Source: Tubulanus polymorphus (lineage: Eukaryota; Animalia; Nemertea). Taken from it: a DNA stretch of 64,000 nt. The position numbers and the translations under genes are program-made. Numbering within the stretch: position 1 is the first letter of the stretch; every line of letters starts with the position of its first letter. The notes beneath the pieces were generated by a model. The model ran no database searches and had not been told where the DNA came from. It saw only the letters and a list, made by a program, of their open reading frames with translations. This document shows positions 1-13,412 of the stretch, piece after piece. The DNA is taken from positions 9,474,275 to 9,538,274 of the forward strand of contig NC_134032.1 of assembly GCF_964204645.1 (NCBI RefSeq), given 5' to 3'.

Positions 1-468
1 AAAGAGGAGGCAGCAATAATTTGGAATGGTTCATATGTCATGGGGAATCTATGGAGGCAGCCATCTTTTCAGCAAAGCTGTATACCTAAGTAATTTAACC
101 CATTAGCACTCATGCCACCCGTATCCACCCTGCCTATTACTCCTCAAGCGGCCTGAATCCGCCCTGACACTTTTTTCGTATGCTGCACAAGAACGGTTGT
201 AGTGGAATTCGAACCCAATAACTTATGATAAACAAGACACCAAAGTCCTCAAAATACATTACAGAAATCAACATCGTCCTATTTGAAATTCTCGATTGAC
301 ACTACATGGTGAAATTCCTGAGTGATAATGGTTTAAGTAATTAGTGATGTTATAGGGTTATTCATGGAAGCAGTTATTTCTTTCTAGCTGGCATTGAAAA
401 GTTTGTAGTGCGGAATTTAGAATATAAATTGTTTTTTTCTTTCTTCTCTTTTCTTGCATCTGCCGCAG

Positions 469-3400
469 CACGGAGTGATGGAGATAACCAATCATACGAA
501 CGATATGCAAGCCGTATTGAACTTTAAACCGTGCGGTTGGTTCGGAAAAGACTTACACAAAATAGAGGGATTTATATATAATAAAAAGTAAGTTTTGAGA
601 GATACCTTGCGAAAAATCAATGCAATTTTAATCATCACCGTGGCTTATATTACCGATTGACTTTCACCTGTTAGTGAGCAACTGACCCATGTCTTTAAGA
701 AGTTTCCAAAGTTGTTACAGCCTGTGGGCTCTGTGACTGCACCCTCACTTATTGATGGTAATTCGGCATTTATATTGTTCATTTCATTGTTATCTTTAAG
801 TGAAAAATAAATGATATTTTAAGAACTGGGTCCAGTTTCACAAATGAGTTCTTCATCTTCAATTCTTTGTAGTTGCTTTTGGTAAATTCACTTTTTCGCT
901 ACGAAAATCAATACAGCATCTGCGAACAAGAGTTGCTCTTGGTCCATGGTCTCGTCCATGGTCTCAATTAGTATTGAAAATACCCGGTATTTAATTTTTT
1001 CAATTTTTCTAATTTTTTCCAGTAAAACGAAGTTAAAGGCATTGTACGGAAAGTGGATCGAAGCTTTATACAGTGTCAGTGTCGAGGTATATGAGACATT
1101 TTGTCGTTCTAACAACCGAAGTAACTCTAATAGCGCTACCAATTCTCCCTCTCACTCGGGTAAACCACCTCCGGTATGTACCGGTACTGTCCACCAGATG
1201 GCGCAGTCTTCTTCTCGCGGTCGTTTTTAGCTTGTCATCACGCGTGCTACTTAGAGATTCGTTCATTTATATATATATATATATATTTTTCCGATCATAT
1301 TTTCGTTATTGTTCACTACCTATGTTTTTATACCTCACGGGGGAAATTATATATGTAAGCTAGGAAATACAGTAGACTCTGTCTCTTACTCGGTTCAGTT
1401 CAGACCTGTAAAATTTTATACCGAGTTGGTGTAAGAGTAGTAAGAGTTACTGAAATACAGTAGTAGACTCTAAATTTAAAATCCCACAATTGTTGAAATC
1501 TAGAAAGTTTATTGAAAATACTTGAAATGTTTCGGGTGGTTACTTTCACCCTTCAAGAAGGATAGTAGTTACCACCCAAAATATTTCTTGGATTTTAGAT
1601 AATCTTTTTAGTCTTTTTCAACATTTGTGGGATTTTACATATATTCTTTCATCATGTTTATTGTGATCTACTGATTCAATAGAGTAGACTCCGTCTCTTA
1701 CCGCGGTAAAGTTGAGACTCATAGAATACTACCCCGAGTAGGTGTTGAATACTGGGCAAGAAAGAGTTTGTGAAATACTTTAGGCTCTGTCTCTTGCTCC
1801 GTCAAGATGAGACTTGTGAAATTCTAGCCTGAGATGCGTCTCAAATACTATGTAAGAGTTTGTAAAATACAGTACATTCTGTCTCTTACTCGGTTATACT
1901 ACCCCAAGTTGGGTCGAAATAGCGACTAAAATTTTGAGAGATAGACTAGACTCTGCCTCTTACTGCGGTATAGTCAAGACGGTTTAGAATTTTACCCCCA
2001 TTTAGCGTCGAATAAATGGTCTAGATAGAATTATGATAGTTTCATAGATATTTAGGGCACCTGTCAGTGTAGGAGTGTACTGTGCTGCTATCTGATGTTA
2101 GTATTCGTAACTAGAGTCACTGTTCACGATAGTTAACCGCATTGAAGCATGGTTATTTAGACCAGGCTGCACAGTCTCTCTAAGACCGGTCTTAAGTTAC
2201 TAGATGAACTGAACTAAAACTAGAACTAGAATGACCAGTCTTGAATCCAAGACTAGACCGTGCAACTGGCACCCTTTTTCCAGTACAAATAAGGCTAACA
2301 GCGAGATAGGATTTTTTAAGATTTTTTTTCAAAGTCTCTTTTAGATTTGTTTTTAATTTTCCTTGTTATAAATCTATTGCATTGCTTGATTTTATTGAAC
2401 AATTTAAGGCCATTTTAATCATATTTTCAAAATATTTTAATACATATCATTTTCTTATCACAAATATCTTTTATCATAGCACATATTTCTTGCATTTGAT
2501 AAAATTCAAACCTTTTTTTGATATTTCAAACTTTCTAGCCCAACCACCTTTCTTCACAGAACCCATGTGTAAACATATAGATATCTTAGATGTACAAATC
2601 TATTTATGAAAATGGTCCCAACATCTTGCATATTTGAGTTTCAATGTTTTTTTAAGCGAAATATTGGCTATCATGAAAGGTTTTTCCTGTATGAGTCTGA
2701 TCACCTCAGGTCTGACGCAGATTTTGAGCTTCTAAATGGGTTTAGATATAAGTTTGAAAATAAGTAGACATTGTTAGCCATATTTCAGTTCCACATAGCT
2801 TTAATTTGGCACAAAATATTTGAAGCATAATCATTTGTGATACAGTGTAGAAACAGTGTCAAAACAAATAACCAACCAGTGAAGTTTGAAGTCACCAGAC
2901 AGTGTCTGTGTGACTGTCTGTGTGGGGGGGGGTGTATTTGAGGTCCTGCTAGTGATTAAGGGGGAATTCCATGGAGTGAGAATGAGGACTGGTCTTTTTA
3001 TAAATCAGGCATCAATGGTTGGTGACAGTAATATGGTAGCCCTCTTCAAAACTCTCTCCTTTCCCTAACTAACTCTCTAACCTTCTTACCCTACTTTGCT
3101 TTTCACACTATTGCTTTTGATTGCATGATAACACTAAGTTCCTATTCCTTGGTGAACATTTGGAAAATCATGAATTTGTTTTCGGCATAGCTTCAGAAAT
3201 TGCAAAATTGTCAAATCTGCTCTAGCGACAATTTCATAGACAAATTTTAACTTGAATCTAGATTTGGCCAGTTTCAGCGACCTGTTTTGAATTGACCCAG
3301 TTGGGCTTAAGTAGAAAATACTGGCCTTTAGGTATGGCTCAGGTTTACGCTTCTAGCTACTTAAGTTGACATCTGGCCGCTTCTCAGCGCATGGTTCTCT

Positions 3401-6400
3401 AAGCTATAGTCAGTTAGTTAAGTTGGAATCAGATAAGTCATTGCATTACGGAAGTCGTCACTATTTTTTAATGCGGAGTTCAATCTATTAGGTGGTGTAA
3501 GTTGTAATTTGGATTAGTCATCAATAATGATGGTCTCAATGATGACTTAACTGGTTCTGACTGTATATATTTCTTGTTGTTTCGGTGTGAAGCTTTGTAA
3601 TGTCTCTGTCTTTTCAATTTTCACTGTAAAATTCTGTGTTATCATCTTTCCTGTCTCACCTGAAAAAAACTACAAAAACTGAATTTCATCGATTGAAAAT
3701 GAATTGAAAAGAAGATCCTTTAATCGCTTCAATACTTCATTACTAATCAATGACTTAACGAAATGATTATTTGATAACTTGTTGTGCAAATTATAATTGA
3801 ATAAACTTATCTATTTCTAATTGAATGCTTTAACCCTTTCGCTGCATCTACACTGCAGTGCGGTGTATAAATCGTTGATGGACTTTGCTAGTACACCACA
3901 TCACTGGGAATTGATGTTTTAAGAAGTTATCTATCTTGAAAGATGGCAGCACCTGTCAAACATAGTGACATATTAGTAACTAATGATACACCGCGCCGTG
4001 GTGTAGACACACTATAGCGGTATGCCCGTTATTCAACCCACTGGGGTGGAATTTCTCAAAATTTTCAAATGAAGCACTTTCGGGTATCATCAGCACTGAA
4101 AGGGTTAAGCCTCTAACAGTTACGAATTAACTAATTTCACTAATCAATGATTTCGATGCCTCAATTAATTTTCCTCGTTTATCTCCGCGTTACAGTCTTC
4201 AAACGGTGATATGATGGGTGACGAAGACAACTTGCCTCCGATGACCGGTTCGTCGTGTGACCTCGACCTGCCGACTCAGCGCTGCCTGTGGCAGGCAGAC
4301 CAGCGACCGGACAACAGTGCCCACAACTACAGCATGACGCTGTTCGCGCTGATGTTGAATGAAAAATCGGACGACTCATTGAAACTCGGACTGCCTCCGA
4401 CCGACTCACGGTTCAGACCGGATATGAGGAAATTGGAGGAGGGAGATCTCGGTGAGTATACACTGACACTTCAAACCCTGGGCCCATTTGCACAGTCGTA
4501 CTGGAGTCCGAAAGTAGTCCTAATTCTTGAGACTATTATGATCCACAGTTATGAGTTTGATATTTTGTCCGGTGCCCAGTTTCCAGTTGTTTTGAATTGA
4601 TTGAATGAAAAAGCTGATCTATTAACTTATTTAACTGCTAAAGATTCAGATTTTGACTATTTTTTTCGAGAGCATAGTGGCCGTCAGTGTTGGTTTCACT
4701 ACTGTACAGTCGTGCATGACTATTGACCTAAAATCTACCTACCCAGAAAATAGACATCCTATAATATCGTAAATACACAGGGGCCGGTTTTATAGACTGG
4801 TATAACCTTTAACCTTGGGGCTAATTCATTTGAAAATGAATTGAGTTAACCCCTGGGTTAAAGGTAATACTAGTCTATAAAATGGGCCCCAGGGTTTCAA
4901 CTAAATGAACATATATTTAGTGAATGATAGATAAATATCGGACTGACTACCATTTTTGGGACACACCGTGTCTGAACTCACACAACTAAGTACCACAGTT
5001 GTTAAACGATATATGCTTTGTATATCTAACATCTTATCTGAATGATATATAGATGGCGCTGCTGAGGAGAAAATGAGACTCGAGGAAAAACAGCGGGGTG
5101 CCCGAAAAGATCGCAAACGGCGGAAAAACGAATGGACACCCAGGTATGAATGAACGTTTTATCGTGATCCACGAGGTGTTGCTAGTACATGCATGTTTTT
5201 AGCCCACTTGGGTTATTGCATTCACTTTTCATCCGTCGTCCGTCTGTTCGTTGTCTTGATATTTGGTTTATACATGTATCTACCCTAGACACATCTTCCC
5301 AAAAACCATCCCTGCCAGAATCAAGATGGCCGACTGGCAGCCATTGTTGTTCGCCAAAATTAGCACTTTTTACACATTTTTGAAGTTTTTGAGGGAAATT
5401 CTGAAGACGCTTTTATCAATTACCTTGATCTTTCTTTTATATTTTAATCTACCAAGGGCCCATCAGCATAAGAAAAATTGGGTCGATCTGACTCAAGATA
5501 GCCGTCCTATGACCTTTTTAGTGCCCAAAAATGTCAATTCTAGGTCCTGTAGCTTCCTACTGGTTTGCCATTTCTCATTGCAATTTGTGATGGGTATTCT
5601 TTGGAAAGGGATGTTTTATACCTGAGACAGCTATTCTTGATCAGCCAATTATGACGCAATTTTCGGCCATCTTGGTGTCATCAGTACTCATTCGTAGGTG
5701 GGAAGCAGTTTTTCCACATTAAATTGATACCTAAGCATATTGTGTTACTATAATCAATTGGAAAGTTGTAGCCCATAACGTGTTCTATGATTTTGGTGAG
5801 TTTCAGGGTCATTGGTTTTTGTATATGGCCACCAGGGGGGCGTTGAATAACACAATAACTTAGTATTTCTATGTTATATTGGTACCTATGCATATTTTGC
5901 TACCACAATCAATTGCAAAGTTGTAGCTCATCACATCTTCCATGATTTTGGTGAGTTTTAAGGACATTAGTTATTCTTTATGGTCACCGGGGGGCGTTGA
6001 ATAGTAGAATAACTTAGTATTTCCTTATTAGATTGGTACCTAGGCATATTTTGTAACCACAATCAATTGGAAAGTTGTAGCTTATGACATCATCTATGAT
6101 TGTTGCGAGTTTCAAGGACATAAGTTTTTCTATATGGTCACCAGGGGGCGTTAAATAGTAGAATAGCTTAGTATTTCCTTATTAGATTGGTACCTAGGCA
6201 TATTTTGTTACCATGATCAATTGCAAAGTTGTATTTCATGATATGTACTATGATTGTGGTGAGTTTTAAGGTCATTGGGTTTTGCATATGGTCACCAGGG
6301 GGTGTTTAATAGTAGAATAACTTAGTATTTCCTTATTAAATTGGTAACAAGGCATATTTTGTTATCACAATCAATTACAAAATCATAGCTGCTGACATGT

Positions 6401-6693
6401 TCTATGATTGTGGTGGGTTTCAAGTTCATTGGTTTTTGTATATGGTCACTAGGGGCCGTTATGTATTGAAATTGTTAGATTGTTGGGCATTTGAAACCAT
6501 TTCCCAAGTGGGCATGGTGTCCCTGGACCCCTAGTTTCTTGAGCAAACAACATTTCTAACAACGCCTTCTTTTATTTTCATTTCTCGCAGATGGTTCGAC
6601 CCGGAGACGAACCCTCACACGTCGAAGGAGGACTGGGTATTCAACGGACGTTACTGGAACCGCGACTGGTCCGAGTCGCCGGATATATTTTGA
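469..6693 (+). CDS. OSBPL1A: Oxysterol-binding protein-related protein (ORP1/ORP2 subfamily), 3' part; exons 469-587, 1023-1173, 4196-4451, 5053-5143, 6591-6693 (5' exons lie upstream of the window)
   Basis: Spliced translation HGVMEITNHTNDMQAVLNFKPCGWFGKDLHKIEGFIY...LKALYGKW...[35 protein letters not shown]...RWFDPETNPHTSKEDWVFNGRYWNRDWSESPDIF* matches the OSBP ligand-binding domain C-terminus (LPxTDxRxRPD, EKxRLEEKQR, terminal YWxRxxxxxPDIF/Y). All introns GT-AG with compatible phases (2,0,1,2). An extra small exon in the 1174-4195 intron cannot be excluded; ORP1 versus ORP2 orthology is not resolvable. Confidence 0.93.
1366..2000. repeat. Degenerate tandem repeat (~60-95 bp units) in OSBPL intron
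   Basis: Recurring motif aaatacagtagactctgtctcttactcgg (exact or diverged) at ~1366, 1453, 1684, 1773, 1865, 1945. Confidence 0.7.
3834..4104. mobile_element. piggyBac-type MITE
   Basis: TTAA|ccctttc ... gaaaggg|TTAA (TSD 3830-3833 and 4105-4108); same family at 58800-59073 and partially at ~60020-60200. Confidence 0.85.
4781..4889. mobile_element. PIF/Harbinger-type palindromic MITE
   Basis: CAG|gggccggttttatagactgg ... ctagtctataaaatgggccc|CAG: 3-bp CAG TSD, GGGCC termini, near-palindromic; relatives at ~10136-10233, 8600-8705, 9296-9710, 2160-2272. Confidence 0.75.
5196..6537 (+). mobile_element. Helentron-associated (HINE/DINE-1-like) non-autonomous element with central ~122-bp tandem array
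   Basis: Starts in a T-run with agcccacttggg (5201-5212); its inverted partner cccaagtgggc (6503-6513) is followed by a short hairpin ggtgtccctggacccc and ctagttt; (GTCC)-like microsatellite at ~5232-5252; about 6 tandem ~122-bp units at 5740-6460. Confidence 0.7.
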
Positions 6694-9600
6694 CCGCGTC
6701 GCGACCCTAGGAGATTTTATCAGTAATCATCGACGCGACGAGCCTGTGTGTGTCGAGTTGCTCGCGCGCCGCAATCCTTTCGCCGCGCGCGTTAAGACGA
6801 TGTAAATAAATATATTTGCGAAAAATACGATGGCGGAACATTCCAGTTAAGAGAATACTGTGATGTTACTATATGCAGGATCTGAAGAATCTAGAAATAC
6901 ACGGGGGGTAGGGAGGGAGGACCGCTTACGAGATGGGTAGCGGCAGGCGATTAGAAGCTTAGAAAGAGTATAATTTTGCACGAGTGAATTCGATTGAAAA
7001 TTAAAATCGGGATCGCATTTTCTGAGCAAGGCTCGTTGAGGTCCGAGGATCGATAATGTAAAAGCTCAACGTTTTCGTTCATTTTGCGAACCGTTGGTTG
7101 TCACTCGAAGCATGCATCGTTCAATCTTGTATGCTTCCGGAAAACCCAGTGAATTCAATCGGACGTAATTAGGAATATAGAAACTGCGGCGAACCCAGTG
7201 GATCTGAACGACGGCGGTTCCTGTAATTTTGTCGGGCGAATTCCAGGGGATTTTTTCAAAAAAAATTTCAAATGTAGAATCGCAAACTTTTTAAGCGAGA
7301 TGGCTGAAATGGAGCAAAATCACCTGGCCATTTTTCGAGTTGCACTCAGCGACTTCCCAGCTTGGAATTCCAGGCAGCGGGAGGATGTGTTATATACGGC
7401 AGAAATCGTCATATTCGTACCATGGAGAAATTTGTTCAATCGATTTCCGCAAGTTGCGGGTGGAAAAGGTGAATATGCGGATTCGGACGGCGCGATGACG
7501 AATTCGTTCACGACCGGGTCCACACGACCTCGCAAATCGACAAACTCCACGTACTTGGCGGTATCAGACGCGTTCGATTGATGTAAATAGAAAACGTTAA
7601 AATTCAGGTTCACAAAATATCAATGATATCGACTCTAACGTGAAAATGATGTATTCATGAATAATTATCATAATAATAATATTTATTATTAATTTATTGC
7701 TGCACCACGTTAGATGATGTATGTACGTACGTACCCACGTTGGAAAAGATGGCCGCTGCCGGAAATCCCCCGGTGACATCATCAATTTGCCCCTATAGGC
7801 GCGTCTAGAAAGGATGGCTTCCTTCTTAAATCCCCCTATGACATCACTTATCACCGTAAAGGCAGTAACTTGAAAATAAGAGCTTCGTTTTTGAATCAAA
7901 CTGGTGTCATAGGGAGAAGGCGGCCATCTGGTAGTAAATCAAATTAAATATGTTGTCATAGGGGGATTCAATCATGCCGGTAGTCGATATCTTCTCCGTT
8001 AGGGTAACACATTCAATACGTTAAACGGCTTAGAATAAATGTTGCCGGAGTGTGATGGATGCAAATTTGTGATTTTAGAAATTTCTGTTGAAACTTCGTG
8101 TCTAGAATGTGTAAATAACGCACATGCAGTTTTATAACACTTGTCGGCACCAGCGTGTATTGTAAGATATTCAAAGAAGCTCGTCCTGTATTAAAACAGT
8201 CTCGTTTTTGTGTAGGATTTCAGGCCTGAATTTTTCCCTAATTCAACAAATCTATTTGTCCTCGAAAGTAAGTTTTCTACCGAGTTTTTGAAACGGTCTT
8301 TTGCGCGACTTTTTGCGCGTTGAGAGGTTTTGTCTTCTTGCACCACGTATAGCTTTTCTCTGCACTGATACGTTTTCAATTTTTGCGAACTTTTTTATAA
8401 ATCGAACGCAGTCGTCTTTTAGTGTGGATAGTTCGGCGAAAACCGGTCGGTTGACGTTAATTTTATAACGGATAATATGGACTCAATGATATGGGCTCAA
8501 AAATATCCGATTGTGTGAATTAAAAAGTGTAGCCACAGTCCGGTTACTGACTTCTTGGTACTGCAAATCTATAGCTTTAAGATAGAAGACCTCATCGTGA
8601 CCCAGTTCCACAGTGGTTTAAGATTAGACTCAGAGTTAACTCATTGAAAATGAACTGATTTTAACTCAGAGTTAACTCTAACTCACAACTGTGGAACTGG
8701 ATCCATATCTTTTCTTGTCTTACACCAGAGAGGGTTGGGAGGGGGATTTCCCGTACAAGGGGAGTATGTGTATTTGTATTTGTTAACTCAGGTAATTGTT
8801 AAAACAGATCTTGCTTTAATCAGTTTAAACCAGACCGAGAATCGGGAATGTCGAGTCGTTAGGACATTTTTTATGAATCAATTGGATAGAGAATGACTTG
8901 TGCAGTTTCTCGGTCAAAATTAACCTCTTCTAGGATCAAGATATTGATAGTAAACAGAGTGACCGTGATTGGGAAAACTGGGCAAAAAAACACTGGGAAC
9001 TTAGGTATTTCTCTCATGGAAAAACGCACGGAATTTGATAAAACACCGAAAAAACGTAAGGAAATGGTATTTAGGCTGAACTTTTCCCTCACGAATTGTG
9101 TTTGTTGGTCTCAACTTCCTAATCTTCGTTTCATATTGTAAGTTACGAATTCCTATAAAATGTAAAAGCTGAAAGATAGAATATTTACTGAGCTAGCTTA
9201 CTACTTGGGTCTGTCAAGGCATGGACGTATAAACTAGTTTATACGGCCTTGGTCAAGGTTACAACACTATGATCTTTATACTACTGCCGTTTATCAGGAT
9301 CCAGTTCCACAGTTCTGAGTTTACTTTGACTCTTCATAGCGTTAAAACATTGGAAATGAACAGGACCAGGTTTGACAGTTCTTATTAAGTCCAAGGGCGG
9401 ATCCCGGGGGACTAGTCCCCCTCAAAGTTTTTAGAAAAATTTGTTTTCCACTTTATTAAGATATATGTATTATTACCTCATGACAGCCATCAAATAGTCT
9501 TTGAGAACACCTAAATTTCGGCGCTCGTCATGTTGGGGTGCCCTTCGAGATTACTTTTGTGCACTTGAGTACCCTGGTCCTGCACCTTCCAAAAATCCTT

Positions 9601-12600
9601 GATGGCTGACTCTCTGAGTTAATCGTTAATCAAGAACTATGGAGAACCTGGTCTCGATTTTAAGCCAGCTGAAGTTAACTCAAACTCACAACTGTGGAAC
9701 CGGGCCCAGAACACAAAGAAAGTTCTGCCTATACTGGGAAAATGTGGGAAATTTGAGAGTAAAATGGATTGCGGTCACCCTGTTCATTTAATTCTATTGG
9801 AGTTATATCTAACCATAAGAACTGAGAATCTTGTTACTGCCGAATTCTTACTCGAACCTGTAAATATATTTGTCTTACGCGAGCTCATTTTGCAAACGGG
9901 CGCATACCCTAAATATACACTCAATGCTGAATTCTTTCCATCAAATGTCGATACCGGTTATATTACTGATTTTCCGTTTTGTATTACAGATGAATAATAT
10001 TCCACACCATTCATTGTACATAATATACGGTAACGATATTCGAACTAAAAGACTTTTCCACTATGTACGAAAATGTAAACTTCCACTCAATTTTTCTAGT
10101 CCTATTCCTCGACAGCAATTTTAGGAGTGGAGAACCAGGGTTCGGTTTTATATAGACTGGTTTTATCTATAAGTCGACTGAAAATGAATTGAGTTAGCCC
10201 CTGGGTTAATACCAGTCTATAAAACCGGGCTCTGGTGCCCACTTCCACGTACACCTCGCGTAACTCGGTGTTTGGTTCGGAATTCAGCACCCGAAAAATC
10301 CGCGAGGAAGTTGGAAAATGAATTCGTTCAAGTTTATCCAAGTTTGAGTCGTCAAAAAGCTTAAGTTGGCCATGTCTGAATTAGGCGGGGTTTACTATAG
10401 GTGTATAGTATAGTTTCAATGCCAGGGGCAGATTTAAGGCGTTGGTTTCAGGGGCCCTGACCCCTGTTTTCCTATCGAGATTGCTAAATCCTGGAAATAA
10501 TTTGACACGTTTAAGAAATGCATCTTTTTGCATGAATTTCTTCAAAAATATCTAAAACAGAGGGTGGGACCTCAATAGAGGCCTTTCACATTGCTGCTAT
10601 ACCCGGAAAATACCCTTTCTTCAGGATCCCGGCTTTTCGAATTTTCCTAGATCCGCCTCTGACTTCCTTGTTACGCAGGTATTAATATCAAGCCCGGAAC
10701 GACCCCTTCAGACAGTCGGTGTTGTAGCGTGCAGTTTTTGAAAACTTGCCGATGAAATGTCAAATTTCCGGCGGTTTTTTCATTAAGAAACGTCTCTGGT
10801 GACGTGCTGAACACATACGATGTATGGGCGATGACGAATTGCAGGAATAAATGACGATAAACGAGATCTATAAGGGGTACAGGATGTGTAGATTGATATC
10901 TGCGTAGGTTCCTATAGTCTGTATGTGGATAGTTATGAAACGAATTGATATTATTTGTGGGGTCTTTCTCGTACGAATTTTATTATCGATTCGTCTGCAG
11001 TTTTTATCGTCTAGTTCGCGTTTATTTTGTCGTTTGCATAATCCATGTCTACGTATGTTTTTGAATTTAACGGATTTCACGAGATACATAAATAAACTTC
11101 GTCATATATATTGTGTACTAAAATGCGTGAATGGATGAATAAATATGTGAAAGGGATTTTTAACTCTGGGAGTTCTAGTCCATCTCCGGGAGAATCCGGG
11201 TATATGCGCAATTGTGGAACCGGATTCACGAACTCGCACTCAACTGGTGGAGAATCTAGGGGTTAAGACCAAATTTAGTGAGCCCAATTTTAAACCCGTT
11301 GACTTTAAATGGCAATATACAAGTATCATTACATATCCATGATTGTACTGTTGAAATAATGTATGCGCGTGTGGGTCGATACGTGGACTCGTCACTCGAT
11401 CTGTTATATGTGTAATGAATAACTGCAATACACGGTTCTAATGTATCATAGTTGAAAAGAGAAATAAAAGTCGGTGTTATTAGAAAGAAATCGTTTTTGT
11501 CGCCTCCTCCCCGCTCTTCCCCTTTCTCTTTCTCAGCCGCTCTCTGGGTATACCAGTCGTCTTACTATTTGAGTGATTATTTAAAAAGGAATGAATTTGA
11601 ATACTAATGGGAAAGTGTTTTAATATCGGTGGTGATTGGTTCAGAACGTTTGAATTCGTAGCTGTGGTCCAATCAGCTAGTGCGATCCGGTATCTCCCTT
11701 CTGATTGGTTAATGCGCTGAAGCGGATCAGTGGTTTACAACGCTCTCTTGTGAATCCTCATTTGCCAGAACTGACGTGCCACGGAACTATGACTCTTAAT
11801 TCTAACTCCAACGGTATCCCTGTGATGACCAGTTTATATTGGCAAGCCATCGGCTCCAAACATTCCGAAAACAGTTCGATCCAAAAAGTGAGTTAGTCCA
11901 TCTGACCCTCATGCTACTCTAACCCGGGACTTTAGCAGCTTCTAGCCCTGAGCTGAGTTGTGTGTGTCAGACGAAGTTTAGAGAATTTGGTCATTACCAA
12001 GTCCAGTTGGGTAGTGCGGTTAAGTGGTCCCATATCATTAAAAGAATATCCAAGGGCAGTTGAACGATGTACTACCCCAAAAAACGTGCAAATCTTAAAA
12101 GTCTTTAGAACCACGAACCTGATGACGAAAATTCACCTAAAAGTACTACATGTATTGAAAAATAATAACGCACCAAAATGATCTAGAACATGTGAACACG
12201 TATAGGGCATAAATGGATCAACATATATTTTTCTAACAAAACATCAGACACAACGCATCAAATAGGGGGGGGGGGATGGAATCCATTTTAAAAAGGGGGG
12301 ATTTTCGGGGTTTTATTTTTATTGCACCCTCCCCGAGACGGATCAATTATGTCCATGGCAATAAACTTGTTACAAATTCCTGTCTACTAGCCTGGCCTGG
12401 TAATCGCGGAACTGTTTTTCCGGTACCTAAAATTATCATTTCCCTGCCGCCGGGGATGAGAACTTGACCTTTCTACGTTTATCTTGACCCAGGGATGAGA
12501 GGAGTTTACGCATAATATGTCAAAGGTAAACCTCGGAATTCTAGGTATACCTGTGTTCTCAGCACCGGTAATTAATTGTTCTTATTTCCAAATCCGCCAG

Positions 12601-12682
12601 ACTGATTCACATCTGTAAAGATTTATCCCCATCTCCCTTTTCATATGACTAAAATCGGCTTACGAGCTTACCGCGTATTTGT

Positions 12683-12758
12683 TATATAATAGAGCATTTC
12701 ACACCGATAAACTTGAATTTCGAATTCTTTTTGAAGCCACGCGTGTCGAAAGGTGAGT
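12683..12758 (+). promoter_or_regulatory. TATA-like box and short non-coding first exon of the defensin/toxin-like gene
   Basis: tatataat at 12683-12690, followed ~60 bp later by a consensus donor AAG|GTGAGT (intron starts 12753); the next strong acceptor ttttgtttcacag ends at 13391. Confidence 0.55.
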
Positions 12759-13412
12759 CTGATTTTGCGTTCAATCGTTTTTCAGCGAGATCACTATGAG
12801 CTCTTTCACATTTCTGAACCAGGTTTAAACGTAGGACTCGGCTAGGCCTAAAGTTTCTTTTTTAAAACAATAAATTTATTTCAATAATATACATTAGTAC
12901 AAGACTTACAAAATAAACTTACAAACCGCATTTAAAATGCATTATATGCAAGTATTGATGAAAATGATGAAAATAATTAATGTACATAGATGGCAGACCA
13001 AATAAAAAGGTGAGGAAAAAAAGAAGAAAGGGAAAGTATCCGGGTACCAGCTAATTGCAGCTCTAAATGGTGGTATGATTGGCTGTGACAAACTTTGCTA
13101 CGGTTTTTGTTAATTTAATATTTGATTCAAAATTTAAGTTGGGGCTTCCATGTAGTAAAAACTTAGTGTTTTCGGTCATAGCTATCGTATAGAGTTAAAA
13201 GTTGGTAAAATGCCTATTTTATCCAGTTGAGTCGGTGGGGACCATAAGCACACCGGATAAGAAAGTTTTGAAATTCTAAAATTGTTTCTTGATATCATGA
13301 AAGTAAAGCTTTTACAAAATCATTGTATCGTATAGTCAATTAGGTATATTAAGTAATTCAAGTATAGGTAATTAACATTTTTGTTTCACAGATAACTTTT
13401 GTGATCGAGAAG

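Noticed and set aside
7198-7899. ORFs downstream of the OSBPL stop
   Set aside because: No homology cues or splice context; probably 3' UTR.
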